DNA from: Octopus vulgaris
Lineage: Eukaryota
NCBI GenBank assembly: GCA_951406725.2
Contig: OX597821.1
Span: 29,388,001 to 29,452,000 of the forward strand
Reading direction: 5' to 3'
DNA: 64,000 nt
Shown here: positions 10,600 through 24,780 of the stretch, piece after piece
Layout of the letters: each line of letters begins with the position of its first letter
Numbering within the stretch: position 1 is the first letter of the stretch
Notes under the pieces: model-generated
What the model was told of the DNA's origin: nothing
Databases searched by the model: none
Seen by the model: the letters and a program-made list of their open reading frames with translations, nothing else
Made by a program: the position numbers and the translations under genes

Positions 10600-10925
10600 A
10601 ACATACTGAATTCAACAAATTCCAGTTGTTGAATCAACCAAGCCAAGTCACTGAATTGGCTTGTACACAGCTGAGTACACCACAGACACTCACCCTTTGA
10701 TTTTAATCCATTGAAAGAATCAGTGTGGTGCAGTAGGACAAATCTGGCTCTTTGTATAGTGACAATCCATCCAGTGGCTCCCACACAGTTTACATCAACC
10801 CAGTTTTACTCAAGAGGATTTGATTCACTCCGGGACATGACAAAATGAACTTGATAAAGATGCCACCCACTGTAATTGAACTCAAACTGTGATGATGTTA
10901 AAGGGAACTTCTTAAAAACACTTGG
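10600..10925 (-). mobile_element. Old SINE with family-A-like head and E-type tail
   Basis: Diverged similarity to 16480-16760 and 23030-23345. Confidence 0.45.
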
Positions 10926-11255
10926 CTAAATACAGATTAACGAGATCCAAGTAATTTGTGCATAAACACGAGTGCCTGCAAAAAAAAAATGATGTTTTCA
11001 AATATGACATATGCATATATGTGTAAGGACACACATACACAATATATATTCACACAGACACACACACACACACACACACTATAGGGTGGTTGGTGTTAAG
11101 AAGGGCATCCAGCTGTAAAAAACATCAAAACAGACACTGAAGCTCAGTGCAGCCTTCTGCCCAGCCAGCTCCTGTCCAACATGGAAAGCAGACATTAAAT
11201 GATGATATATGCATATGTGTGGTTATATGTATGTGTCTGTGTGTGTAGATAGGAA

Positions 11256-11256
11256 G

Positions 11257-11288
<32 letters not shown>

Positions 11289-11291
11289 CAT

Positions 11292-11379
<88 letters not shown>

Positions 11380-11572
11380 TATATATATACATATATATAT
11401 ACATACATATATATACATATATATATATATATATACATATGTATACATATATATACACACACATATATATATATAAATATATATATATACACATATATAT
11501 ACATACACACATATATATATAAACACATATATACATACATATATATATATATAAACACATATATATACATAC

Positions 11573-11605
<33 letters not shown>

Positions 11606-11626
11606 AACACATATATATATACATAC

Positions 11627-11658
<32 letters not shown>

Positions 11659-11673
11659 CTTCCTATCTATCTC

Positions 11674-11719
<46 letters not shown>

Positions 11720-11780
11720 TGTGTGTGTGTGTGTGTGTGCACATGGACGCACACATAAATATATATATATATATACATAC
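11256..11780. repeat. Compound (TA)n/(TACA)n microsatellite
   Basis: Direct reading. Confidence 0.95.
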
Positions 11781-12469
11781 AAACACATGCTCATGTTACA
11801 TATGCACTCAATCTTTCAGTCATCTGTACATGTTCCCATCAATAATATACCAATAAACTACATATATCTGCTCACTCTAAAGATATATGTTTGTATGTGT
11901 GTGCACGCATGTGTATTACACACATACACACACACACACACACACACGTTTGCTTACCTGTACATTGATTTGCTAATGCTGTAGTTTCATTTTCTTTTTA
12001 TTTCTATTTTCATCTTATTATCATTAATATACTTATATTTCTTTGAACAAGGTCATGATCTCTTGGAAAGATTGAAACTTACAGTGATGGGTGGAGTGTG
12101 AGGGCTGAAGAGTTATGTAGCTCCTCAAGTTGCTAGAAACAGTAGCAAAATTGTATCCGTTTCTCTTTCAAAGTCTTATTCTTTCTCTGTCTTTTTCATG
12201 ATATTCTACCAGCTTTAATGGGACAAGGACAAGCAAATACTGAAATATCACTGAAATATCATCTACATTGAACTGCCTGAAGGAATAAACTATTCATAGA
12301 ATTGTTCAACGAGCCTGATCTGGTGGCTAAACAGCAACAAACAAAGTACCTTGGCTACCTGATTATGACAAAAAAGATGCCTTGGCTTAGGGGCTTCTTG
12401 AACATCCAGCAGAGCTGTAATGCAGATAGCAGCAAAGAAATTGAACAAGTAATGGTTAAGTTACCTTCT

Positions 12470-12704
12470 CAAGTTATGGCAACTCTTAAGGGCCAGTTTC
12501 CCAGTCTCATGGTGTATATATATTCCTCACCTGGATGGGATGCCAGTCCATCACAGAATACTCATTTTTGCCAGCTGAGTGGATTGGAGCAACACGAAAT
12601 AAAGTGTTTTGCTCAAGAACGCAACATGTCACCTGGTCCAGGAATTGAAACCACAATCTTACAGTCATGAGTCCAACACTCTAACCACTGAGTCACGCAC
12701 CTCC
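12470..12704 (-). mobile_element. tRNA-derived SINE (family of 44334-44596)
   Basis: Minus-strand head GGAGGTGCGTGACTCAGTGGTTAGAGTGTTGGACTC...GTTTCAATTCC; 3' motif GATGGACTGGCATCCCATCCAGG. Confidence 0.7.
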
Positions 12705-12863
12705 GGAGAAAGTGACAGCAGAGGGTTATCTATGAGTCAGGAACTCTATGTGGTCTGGCCCCTTTACAGTGTAAAAAGTTAAGAGCTGAAACGTCTGCAT
12801 GAGTAGGGATTCTTCCCTCAAGACGTATACCATTCAGCTCTCTCCTGAATTTTTTACTTACTA

Positions 12864-13078
12864 CCTTAAGCATTCAAATTACTCAGTCAAATGTAATTGA
12901 TGCTCGTTTACTCACATTATTTTGAATTAATCACAGTTTTGAGATTTCCAAGATGTGAGTGGTTGTTTTTAGAATGACATAGTAGGATAGATGTGAGAGG
13001 TCACATCAGGCAGGTTTGAATGTAAAACAGGTAGAATATTTGAGCTGGATATGGTTGGTTTAAATGCTAAATGGTTAC
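12864..13078. mobile_element. piggyBac-type MITE, second family (diverged)
   Basis: Ends CCTTAAGCATT / AATGCTAAATGGTTA; related reverse copy at 41971-42110. Confidence 0.55.
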
Positions 13079-13148
13079 TATCTGTCAGTTTCTGGTTATA
13101 TCTAGAAAATGTAATTCACGTCACAAGGCAAAATACTAATACCTGAAG

Positions 13149-13198
<50 letters not shown>

Positions 13199-13273
13199 AC
13201 ATAAATATATATATATATATGTATGTATACATATATATATGTATATATATGTATGTATACATATATATATGTA

Positions 13274-13837
13274 CAGGGTGTTCCAAAAGAAACAGTGCAG
13301 TAGGAATATGCTAATAACCCAAAGAAACAAAACTCACAGAAAAATACTATTTATTGCAAATATTCACAAATTCAATACCTTATCAACTAAAGTACGATTG
13401 AGGATTGACTCGTGCAGTCAGATATGATCTACAATAACTGTTGAAAGTGTGCGCCATTCACCTGCAGACATAAACGAGCGCGACGCTGCGTGTTTTGAAA
13501 AACACACTCAAGTTCATCAGGTTTGATGTTTTGAATAACACTTATTTTCTGCTTCAGTTCATCCGTAGTTCGAGGATTGTCTGCATACACTGAGTCTTTC
13601 AATTTGCCCCACAAATAAAAGTCAGGAGGTGTTAAATCCGGTGATCGAGGTGGCCACAAACCACGAGAGATCACACGATCCCCAAAGACATCACCAACTG
13701 CAGCCATACTGACACGAGCGGAAAACATCTTTTGGGAAAACATTTTCAACTATAAATATCCTTTCTTGTGTTCAGTGCACTGTTTCTTTATGTATACCTA
13801 TGAAAATGTTCAGTGCACTGTTTCTTTTGGAACACCC

Positions 13838-13839
<2 letters not shown>
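13274..13839 (-). mobile_element. Tc1/mariner superfamily (maT/DD37D-like) internal-deletion derivative with both TIRs
   Basis: TIRs CAGGGTGTTCCAAAAGAAACAGTGCA / TGCACTGTTTCTTTTGGAACACCC; inserted in (TA)n; contains the transposase C-terminus. Confidence 0.9.
13429..13720 (-). pseudogene. Truncated DDD transposase C-terminus
   Basis: [34 protein letters not shown]...RARLCLQVNGAHFQQLL*; the N-terminal two-thirds is missing. Confidence 0.9.
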
Positions 13840-13883
<44 letters not shown>

Positions 13884-13958
13884 GTATATATGTATATGTA
13901 TATATATATGTATATATGTATATATATATGTATATGTATATATATGTATATATATATG

Positions 13959-13989
<31 letters not shown>

Positions 13990-14024
13990 GTATATATATA
14001 TGTATATATATGTATATATATATG

Positions 14025-14055
<31 letters not shown>

Positions 14056-14157
14056 GTATATATATGTATATATATATGTATATATATGTATATATATATG
14101 TATATATATGTATATATATATGTATATATATATATATATATATGTATACATATATAT

Positions 14158-14203
<46 letters not shown>
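13840..14203. repeat. (TA)n/(TATG)n microsatellite
   Basis: Direct reading. Confidence 0.95.
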
Positions 14204-14207
<4 letters not shown>

Positions 14208-14909
14208 ACATATGCATAAACATGTGTCTGTATGAGTGAATGATCAAGATGGTTAGATCATGGATATGTGTGAATGGTTGATCATGAGTGTCACATGATC
14301 TGTGTATATGTTTGTAGATGGTCATGTGTGTAAGAACATGCATAGATGTGTGCGGTTACAGGATCATACCTAAGAAGATGTGTATGCTTATGATGGAGGG
14401 AATCTATATGTTTCTTCATTGGCTTTTCATACAACACACACATACATACACACGCATTCTTAATTTCTATTTTAGTTTTGTTATATATATTTTATTATAT
14501 TTTCACATAATTTATGTCTCCCACTTCCATGGTTAGACTTTTAGTGACTTATTTTTATCTTTGTTTCTTGTAGGTTCTTTTCTTTTTTTTTGTTGGTAGA
14601 TGGATTAAGTATTTCTTTCATTCATTCATTTCTTTCTTTTTTTCTTTTTTTTGCAATGTTTGATGGATAGCTAAAATATGCATGTTCATGCAGGTAAATT
14701 TAAGCTCTGTGAATTTATAGCTGTAGGTCTTTTGGTATATATATTGGCAAACAGAAATGTATGTTCAACATTTGGTGTGAGCAAATATGTTCCTGCATTT
14801 GGGTATGCATGTATATGTGTGTGTGTGTGTGTGTATTTATATATATAAATATTTGTGTATATCATGTGTTTAATATGTGTGTGTGTCTGTGTGTGTATTT
14901 GTGTATGTA

Positions 14910-14949
<40 letters not shown>

Positions 14950-14994
14950 ATATATATATATATATATTCATACATACGTATGTGTATATGTAAT

Positions 14995-15422
<428 letters not shown>

Positions 15423-15479
15423 TATGTACTTAATATATATACATAAATGTGTATGTATGTATGAAAATATATATATATA

Positions 15480-15730
15480 TATAGACTCATCAAATCAAGT
15501 GAAATTGTAGTTGTGGCCGATGCCTGTGTCACATAACTGATAGCTATGCCAGTGGCACATGAAAAGCATTCATTACACTCTTGGAGTGGTTGGCGTTAAG
15601 AAGGGCATCTAGCTGTAGAAACCATGGCAAATCAGACTGGAACCTGGTGCAGCTCTCCAGCTTACTAGCTTCAGTCAAACCGTCTATCGCATGTGAGAAT
15701 GGAAAGCAGATGCTAAATGATAATGATAAT
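15480..15730 (+). mobile_element. RTE 3' UTR/tail fragment
   Basis: GGAGTGGTTGGCGTTAAGAAGGGCATCTAGCTGTAGAAAC...AAATGATAATGAT. Confidence 0.75.
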
Positions 15731-15789
15731 AAACACATAAGTGTATGTGTGCATATATGCATATGTGTACATACATGTGTGTGTGTGTG

Positions 15790-15835
<46 letters not shown>

Positions 15836-15854
15836 TACACACTCATCGTAAACC

Positions 15855-16345
15855 ATCATCATAATTTTAAAGTCTAATTTTCCATCCTTGCATGCATCAG
15901 ACAGAATTTGCTGAGGAATATTTTCGACAGCCAGATGCTTTTCTTATCAATTTTCATAGAAGCTTGCAATAGAGTCCATACTTACTGTCATATATGAGGG
16001 AATGCGTGTAAGTGTATGTGTGTGTGTGTATGTGTCTGCTACATGAAATATTTCCTCATGGGCAGACATGCCAAAATGGAAAAGTGGAAACGCGGGATGC
16101 CACTTATATAACGGTGACACTTGTTTATACCTATTGTGATGCCATGCATGACAAGGAGACACAAGCATGCACAGGCATATATACAAAAGATTCTTTCAGT
16201 TTCCATATACCAAATTTACACACAAAGCTTTTGTTAGATCATGGTTACAACAGAAAACAAGTGCCCGACATACCATGCAGTGAAACTGAAGCAGAAATGA
16301 CATGGTTGGGAAGCAAACTACTTAACAACAGAGCCCTGTCTGCAT
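15855..16345 (-). mobile_element. SINE: family-A head + D body + RTE-like (GAT)n tail, diverged
   Basis: Same order of modules as 45395-45815 (+) and 31715-32110 (-). Confidence 0.6.
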
Positions 16346-17610
16346 CTATTGAGATGGGTGGTTAATTGGCAGATACTGTGCAGAAACGTGCCCGATTTGA
16401 ATGACTAGCCTTATCTCACAAAGTATCACGCTGACTATTCCTGACAAATATTTGAAGGTTTCAAGTGACTGGTTGCAGGCATGACCAAGTGATCGAGATA
16501 TTAGCTTCATAATGTGAGGCCAGAGTCTGATATCATCATGTGCTGCCATCTTTTAACAGAGACTCAAGTTGACTAACCCTTTGTGAATGAAATCAAGTAG
16601 AAAGAAACTGTGATGAGTGCTACATGTACTTTACCTATAATTGAAAGAGACAGCTTTGTCACATGCTGTGTCAAGCTAATTTTGTTTGAAGATTAATTTA
16701 CAGGTTCAAGTGTCCACGGGTTACTCAACTGCTTACATGATAATTCAATGGGCATGGAGTTTTATTAATTTAATAATTAGTATGCACATTGTTAAAACCA
16801 ATGAAGGACAATTTATTTTTATTCTATACTACAAATTTAATGACGAGAAAGTGTTCATAGAAGCTTGCGATTGAGTCCATACTAACATCATGAGGGAATG
16901 TTGGTATGTGTGTGCGTGCGTGTGTATGTGTTTACATGTGTGCATTCACACACACACTCACGTTATACATACACTCACATTATACATACATTTGAGTGTG
17001 TTGGTAATTTCATTTTACCAATTTTCCACTAAGTCATCATCATATGTTGCAGACTTACCAATTTATAAATGTCCTTCCCAACACACACACACACGTACTT
17101 CAACTTTTATAAATATAAGGAGAAAATCTTCAGCAGTCAGTTTTTAGCCAGTCTAATTGACTGGATCAGTACATACACATTCACAAAATCACATACAGAT
17201 GCACAAACACACCACAAGAGCTTTTAAAAACTTTCCCAACAACATCTTAAAACGTAGTTATTTAAAGAACTTTATTAATAGCTCCTTAACCACTAACCTA
17301 TTTGACTACCATGAACCAGTCAAATCTTCATCAATATGTGATATCATCTAAGAACTTTACACCACACTGCAAGACAAGCCAGTAAAACTCATACTTTACC
17401 AATTTTATCCTGTCAACTCAATTGTCTGGCTTTTTAATTGAACATCTTCAACGTCGTAAATAATACACATATGCATACACAGACACATTGAGTAGTGTGT
17501 ATACATCAATATAAGTGTATAATTATATATTTATATGGGTCTAAAATGTGGTATTTATTTATATCACCTTATGTTCTGGTTCAAATGCTCTCAAGGTAAA
17601 CTTCAATTTC

Positions 17611-17968
17611 TCGTGGTGTGGTAAGAAGCTTGCTTCCCAACCACATGGTTCTGGGTTCAGTCCCACAGCATGGCACCTCAGGCAAGTGTCTTCTATTACA
17701 TCCTCGGGCTGACCAAAGCCTTGTGAGTGGATTTGGTAGATAAAAACTGAAAGGCCGTAATTTGTGTGTGTGCTTGTTCTCTTACCATCGCTTGACAACT
17801 GATGCTAGTGCATTTACATCCCCATAACTTAGTGGTTCGGCAAAAAGGAACAATAGAATAGGTACTAGGCTTACAAAGAATAAGTCCTGGGATTGATTTG
17901 TCTGACCAAAGGCAGTGCTCAAGCATGGCCACAATCAAATGACTGAAACAAGTAAAAGAATGAAAGAA
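17611..17968 (+). mobile_element. tRNA-derived SINE, family A
   Basis: GTGTGGTAAGAAGCTTGCTTCCCAACCACATGGTTCTGGGTTCAGTCCC...ATGACTGAAACAAGTAAAAGAA. Confidence 0.85.
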
Positions 17969-18017
17969 TTGATTATACCCATCAAAAATGTGTGCCCTTG
18001 TCCTAATGAGAAAAACC

Positions 18018-18062
<45 letters not shown>

Positions 18063-18064
18063 TA

Positions 18065-19260
18065 TGAAAGAATCGTGGATAAAATACCATAAGGCATTTT
18101 GTCTGACAGCAAGACAGTTGTAGTATATCTTATAGCTTTTTTTAAGGTTCTGACTTCAAAACCTGTTGCTTTCAACTTCGCCCTTCATTCTGGAAGGAGG
18201 AGGAATAAGAAAGATACCAATCAGGAATGGTGTTGATGGTACCGACTAATTTCACTTCTTTCAAAATTACTGGCATTGTGCATTAATTAGAAGACATTAT
18301 TATTATTAGGAATAGGCAGTGGATGGGCAGAACTGTCAGAGCATCAGAAAAAAATTTCTTATAACATTTGTGCCAGCACTCTATGTTCTGAGCTCATATC
18401 CTGCAGAAGACAACTTTGTCTTTCATCTGTTGGGTATCGAAAAGCAATCAAATACTAGGTTAATTAATTGACTTTTCCATCCTTCAACTATCTGGCCTTT
18501 TGTTTAAAATAGAAACAATATTAGGGCAGTAGATTGGCAGAATCCTTAAAGCACTGGACAAAATGCTTAGCAGCATTTCATCTGTCTTTATGTTCTGAGT
18601 TCAAATTCCACTGAGGCCGACTTGACATTTCATCCTCTCAGGGTCAATAAAATAAGCATCAGTTGAGCACTGGAATTCATGTCATCACTTAGCATTCTCC
18701 CCAAAATGTCAGGCCTTGTGCCTACAATGAAAAGGATTATTACTACTATTATTGTTGTTCTTGTTGTTACATCTTCAAACAGAATCATTAGGGTATTCAG
18801 CAAAATGTTTTGTAGTATTTGTTCCAGCACTTTATCCTCTGAATTCAAATCCCACTAACATTTAACTTTGCCTTTCATCTATCTGGGGTTGACAAAATAA
18901 TGTACCAGTCATGTCCTGGCACTGACTATTCCTCTGCCCTCAAAATTTCTGACTTTGTGCCCAAATACAACAATATTATTATATTTTTCTTCTTCTTTTT
19001 CTTCCACTTATTATTATATTGTTATTATTATTATTATTATTATTATTAAAGCAATAAGAATTGTTACCACATCAGACTAAATACTTAATGGCATTTCTGC
19101 TGGTTCTTTATGCTCTGAATTCAAATTCTGCCGAGACAGCTTTACTTTTCATATTTTTGAGGTTGATAATTGAATACCAGTCAAGCACTGGGGTCAATGT
19201 AATCAACAAGTCACCCCAACCCTCAAAATTTTAAGCCTTGTTCCTATAGTAGCAAGTATC
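18065..19260 (+). mobile_element. Head-to-tail array of 5 diverged family-B SINEs (Deu/Nin-like core) separated by (ATT)n
   Basis: Repeated GGCAGAATC...TTCTGAGTTCAAATTC...TTTGCCTTTCATCC...AAGTACCAGT...CAAAATTTCAGGCCTTGTGCC...ATTATT units starting near 18065, 18310, 18523, 18775 and 19048. Confidence 0.8.
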
Positions 19261-19609
19261 ATCATCATCATCATCATCATTATGCAATTCCTGTTTTATT
19301 TCCATTTTTGCATTCTTCTTCCTTCTACTCCTAATTTAACTGTTTCTAATTTCAAAGTCTGAAGTGTAGTCATATTACATATTTCAATTCAATTTAGTTG
19401 AGCCATTCCTATTTATAATAACAGTCTTATGGAACACATTTTAAAGAATAAAGATTCTGTAAATTATACTGGCTCCATCAAAGATTCGTAATGCTGCACT
19501 AAAACAACACATATTTCAAAAATAATAGCAAACAAAACTGACAACCCTCTCGAAACAATAAACTCGAAAATTAAGTGTGGTTTTTAGGAAAGAGTAAAAC
19601 CAATTTTGA

Positions 19610-20183
19610 TTTAATAATTCTTTCTGCTATAGGCACAAAACCTGACATTTAGTGGGAGGGGATAGTCGATTCCACCAACCCCAGTTCTTAACTAGTACTT
19701 TATTGTTTTGACCCTGAAAGGATGAGAAGCAAAGTCAAGCTCAACAGCATTTGAACCCAGAACATAAAGGCAGAAGAAATGCTGTTAAGCATTTTCAGAT
19801 GACATGTTAAACATTCTGCCAGCTCACTGTTTTAATGTAATAATAATATTGATAATAATGATGGTTTCAAATTTTTCCACAATGCCTGCAATTTTAAGGG
19901 AGATGGTAAATTGATCAAGTCAATGAAAGTTCTTGACTGGTACTTTATTTTGTCAACCCCATAAGAATGTAAAGCAAAGTTGACCCTGATAGAATCTGAA
20001 CTCAGAACAAAAAGACAAATGATTATATCAATCTCAGTGCTTGATTGGTACATATTTTATTGACCTCGAAAGGATGAAATACAAGGTCAACCTCAGTGGA
20101 ATTTGAGCTCCGAATGTAAGGATGGACAAAATGCCACTAAGCACTTTGCCTGGCATGTTAACAATTCTGCCAGCTTGCCACCT

Positions 20184-20185
<2 letters not shown>
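19610..20185 (-). mobile_element. Array of ~3 family-B SINEs in the opposite orientation
   Basis: GAAAGGATGA...CAAAGTCAA...ATTTGAAC(T/C)CAGAAC...TTCTGCCAGCT units at 19610-19830, 19855-20010 and 20020-20185. Confidence 0.8.
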
Positions 20186-20242
<57 letters not shown>

Positions 20243-20299
20243 AATAATAATGAACTTATATATGAACTTATATTCAATGTTTAGGTGGGTTGGTGGAAA

Positions 20300-20570
20300 A
20301 GAATAAAGGAAGTGACTGGAAAGCAGCACTACTTTGAGTAAAGAAAGTCAGTAATGTTAACCGACAGGGTAAGTACACAGGAGAAAACAGAAAAACAAAG
20401 ACAGAAAAACAAACATTAAAAGAGTCATAAAGTGGGAAGCAGGTATAGGTATAGGTCTGGGCGAATTTCAGGAAACATGGAATTTTTAAAGGATGTGTTC
20501 TTCTGGCAGCTAACTGCCAAAGCTGGAAGATTATTCCAAGATTCTACAATTCTGAGCATGAAAGGCCATG
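20300..20570 (-). mobile_element. CR1-like LINE 3' end remnant
   Basis: 20480-20566 translates on the minus strand to PFMLRIVESWNNLPALAVSCQKNTSFKNS, matching the CR1/L2-group RVVxxWNxLP...FK C-terminal motif. Confidence 0.7.
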
Positions 20571-21970
20571 TCTTTGAAAACAACTATTTGAAGCGTAAGC
20601 AAAAAGGAAGATGTCTCCTTTTGCAATTTATTAGGTGGTGCCTGAATGCCTTCTGCAATCAGACATTCTATCCCATCTCTATTAGTATAAACACGCACAT
20701 ATTAGAGATATAAAAATTTTTCAAGGTTCATATGAAGAATGATATTCTGCTAAATTCAATGAGGGATAATGCATTCTCATACTTAAGCCTGTAATAAATT
20801 AAATGCATATGGACATAAAACACAGACACAGACATTTACAAAAACACATGTGCATACAAGATACCCACCCACAGATAGATACTCCTAAGCATATATGCAT
20901 ACACAAGCACACACATATACACGTACTCATATACATGTATACATAAACACACATATACATATATACATTCACACACATGTACACACATACACACTGGTAG
21001 ACAGAGGAATAAATAGATAAATAAAATATACACTTCAACCGACTTTAAAAAAATTGGAAGCTATGCAAAGATATTGGAATGTATAGTAAGAAGGTTTTAA
21101 ATCAAGGAACTATTGTCGATGTGGATCCCGTAGGCAAAATCCATTATTACTCTGCTTGCCTCAGTTTGCTCAATAGACAGCAGGTTACCCTCCTATACAC
21201 CTATAAATGTTGGTTGACTTGTTAGCAATATGAAGGTCATTCAACTGTGAAAACACACTTGCTCCAATATCAGGCTAGATTTGCAGAAACCATTGCACCA
21301 AAGTTGGCAGGGTGAAAATGGACAGGAAAGGAAGAAGAATACTGAAAATAAATACATATATACATGCAAATATGAACATTGGTGTGTATATTCAGCATAT
21401 TCATAGTCTAGTAAAGTGTGTGTATGCATGTACACATCACATGCACACACACACACACACACACACATACATACACACACATTTATGTATGTGTGTATAT
21501 ACATATATGCACACATGTATGCAAGCATGTGTATGTCTATATATGTATGTATTAACATATTATATACATATATACACACAGACACACACACATATATATG
21601 TGGATACATATGCCTGCATATATATATATATATGATGATATACATACATACATATGTATATGTGTATGCCAGACAGCATATATGTATGTACATATGTAAT
21701 CGCATACAATATTCTTCTCTGTAAACAAAAACAGACATTAACATAGTCAAATATTGAATATAAACACAGACACAGAATATACATGTGTGCGTGTGTGTGT
21801 GTGTCTCTAAACTACCATATAAATATCACTTATTCTACACACCATACACATTTGCACTAGCACACCTATGAGTTCAAGTCTACATCTACAAGCCATTCAA
21901 ACATGAACATTGTACACAAAAATATCTGTTCACATGATCACTCATTTATACATACAGTCTCTCTCTCCCC

Positions 21971-22026
<56 letters not shown>

Positions 22027-23346
22027 TTATACACACATTCTCTACCTTTATATTCTTTACCTTTTCACAGTAAATATTCTGCATACATGATCATTAGTAG
22101 ACAGACACACATATATGCACACATATAAGTGAGCACACGCACATACATATATGTACATGCACTCATTTATACACTCTATAGAACCACATATTCCACATAA
22201 ACATACATATACACTCACATGCCACATATTTTATCCCAGGCATACAAAAAATATACTCACATGATGCACAACAGGTACATACACATATATACACACACAT
22301 ATATACACACACAAATTCTCTCTCTCTCTCTCTCTCTCTCAAATGCACACAACACTTCTCACTCACACACAAACATACACATGCACATACATGCAACACA
22401 TATGATCAACCACCTAGCCAACCTACCAAACACAGCACATTCATAGCCTTGGTTTTGATTAAATTTGTTCACTTTTCACTACACTGTACATCATCTTCCT
22501 TTATTTGATTTCTGTCACACTTCGCTGCATGCAGATGATATGCTTGCCTCTTTTGTTTCTTTTTCCTCTTCTTCTTTACCATGCCGCCCCCCCATCACCA
22601 CTACCAACAACAACAACAGCACTGCTGCAACCGTCGCCACCACCACCACCATCATCATCATCCCCAACATGGTCAGGTTGTGGGCGTTGTAACTGTAGTG
22701 AAACATCTTTAAACATAGTTCTATGCTCACTGAGCTCTAGTTCTACTCATAGCATATTACTCTTATACCTCTCTCTTACTCTCTCACTCACCCCATCTCT
22801 CTCTCATCCTCTCTTGTTAATCTCATTCTTTTACATCATCTAGTTTTACCTCAAGTAACAATACACCTCCACTGTTCTTCTTACCATTTTTCTATCACAT
22901 TTTCTCGCTTACCCCTCTCTCTGTCTCTCTCTCTATTGAACTAGTCATCTATACAGTATTATCATACTCATTTTTTTTCTTACTTTCACTTTCCATTTCA
23001 ATATTCTGTTGAAATGTGTTCATGCGTGTATTGTGGAAGTCATTGAATGGTTAAGATGTTCAGTTTGCATTCATGAGGTCCTGAGTTTGAGCCCAAGGCA
23101 TGACATCCGAGGCAAATATCTTTTATATTAGCCTCAAATTCGCCCAAGTTTTGTGAATGAAACTGGGCAGAAGGAAACTGGGTAAACTTACTCAAAAATT
23201 GTACTTCTAATTCAAATAGCCAACTTTCTCACTTCCTTTCTCTCTTACACACACACACACCATGTATCATTATTTTTCCTGAGAATTGTGCTAAGGGTAC
23301 AAGCATGTGTGGTGTACTAGTTCACTTCAGTAAGCAATTCTGTTAA

Positions 23347-23574
23347 TTAACCCTTTCATTACCAACCCGGCTGAAACCAGCTCTAGCCCTGAGTACAAAT
23401 GTCTTGTTTTCATAAGTTTTTTATTAAAATCTTCCACCAAACCTTAACTACAATTTATGTTCTTAACACTAGCTTAATGATAACTAAGTTATTTTACTAA
23501 ACTCTTTGTCATATTTAAAGTAATTGAAAGAAACACAGAACATCTCAAAATAAATACAGTAATGAAAAGGTTAA
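23347..23574 (+). mobile_element. piggyBac-type MITE (family P1)
   Basis: TTAA|CCCTTTCATTAC...GTAATGAAAAGG|TTAA; similar to 35315, 53723, 54092 and 58965. Confidence 0.9.
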
Positions 23575-23869
23575 ACAACTGAAATACTCATTTTTGAAAC
23601 TGATACAGATCCAATTGCTGTTTCTTTTATAGTCCTTTTGATTATTTTGATTATTTTGATTATTAGCATTTGTCTCAGCCCTTGCAACACACTTAATACC
23701 TGTACTCTCATGAATTTTATATTTCTCATGTGAGAGTCGGAGATGAAAGAAAATATGACCAGCCACTTCTCATCATATCTTCCTGTCTCTCAGTTAATCC
23801 TTTAGGATATTCCTCCTGTCTAGCCCGAAGGCTATATTCTGTTTATTTATTTCAGTTAGTTGATCGAAA

Positions 23870-24220
23870 TCGATCAACATCAATGGAAATTGTAGCTGTG
23901 ATACCAGTGCTGGTAGCACGTAAGAGAACCATCCGAACGTGGCCATTGCCAACGCCATCCCGACTGGCCTCCGTGCTGGTGGCACGTAAAAAGCACCATC
24001 CGATCATGGCAGTTTGCCAGCCTCATCTGGCACCTGTGCCAGTGGCACGTAAAAAGCACCCACTACCCTCACGGAGTGGTTGGCGTTAGGAAGGGCATCC
24101 AGCCGTAGCAACACTGCCAGATCAGACTGGGCGTGGTGCAGCCTTCTGGCTTCCCAGACCCCAGTTGAACCGTCCAACCCATGCTAGCATGGAAAGCAGA
24201 CGTTAAACGATGGTGATGTA
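23870..24220 (+). mobile_element. RTE 3' UTR/tail fragment, young, 3 internal units
   Basis: Three GTGC(T/C)(G/A)GT(G/A)GCACGTAA units, then GGAGTGGTTGGCGTTAGGAAGGGCATCCAGC...GACGTTAAACGATG. Confidence 0.85.
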
Positions 24221-24404
24221 TGTCTCCATTTAGTCTTTGGTCCTTGTCCATTTACTAACTGTCGCATCTTGAATTATATTTATGTCATATTTGTATACTC
24301 ACTTACTGTATTGCATATTTGCTTATTTCTTGTTTGTTCATTTTCTATCATGTTTGGTCCTTGTCCGTTGGCTTGCCATTTCCCAGTGGCTTTGAGCTGT
24401 CGGT

Positions 24405-24456
24405 GTCACTTGAAGAGGATCAATATTATTGTTGAAGATGTGAAATTGCATTTGAC
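24405..24456 (+). ncRNA. Degenerate type I hammerhead motif in a Penelope-like fragment (~24240-24545)
   Basis: GTCA-CTTGAAGA-GGATC...GATGT-GAAA-TTGCA-TT-TGAC. A second CTGATGAGG lies at ~24471. The fragment ends in (TA)n. Confidence 0.45.
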
Positions 24457-24731
24457 CCTCTGGCTGATAACTGATGAGGATTTGGTGACCTTCTGTGTCT
24501 GTTTCCCATTTAATTGTGTATTCATTATATGTTTTTTTACTTTATATATATATATATATATAGTGGTGGTGGTGGGGTCATATTTCCATAACTTAGTGGT
24601 TCAGTAAAACAGACTGATAGAATAAGTATTTGACTTAAAATGTACTGGATTCAATTTATTTGACAAGACCGAACATGTCCTTAATCTAATGACTGAAACA
24701 AGTAAAAGATAAAGATAATTATGTGTGTGTG

Positions 24732-24733
<2 letters not shown>

Positions 24734-24776
<43 letters not shown>
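24734..24776 (+). repeat. (AG)n microsatellite
   Basis: Direct reading. Confidence 0.95.
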
Positions 24777-24780
<4 letters not shown>

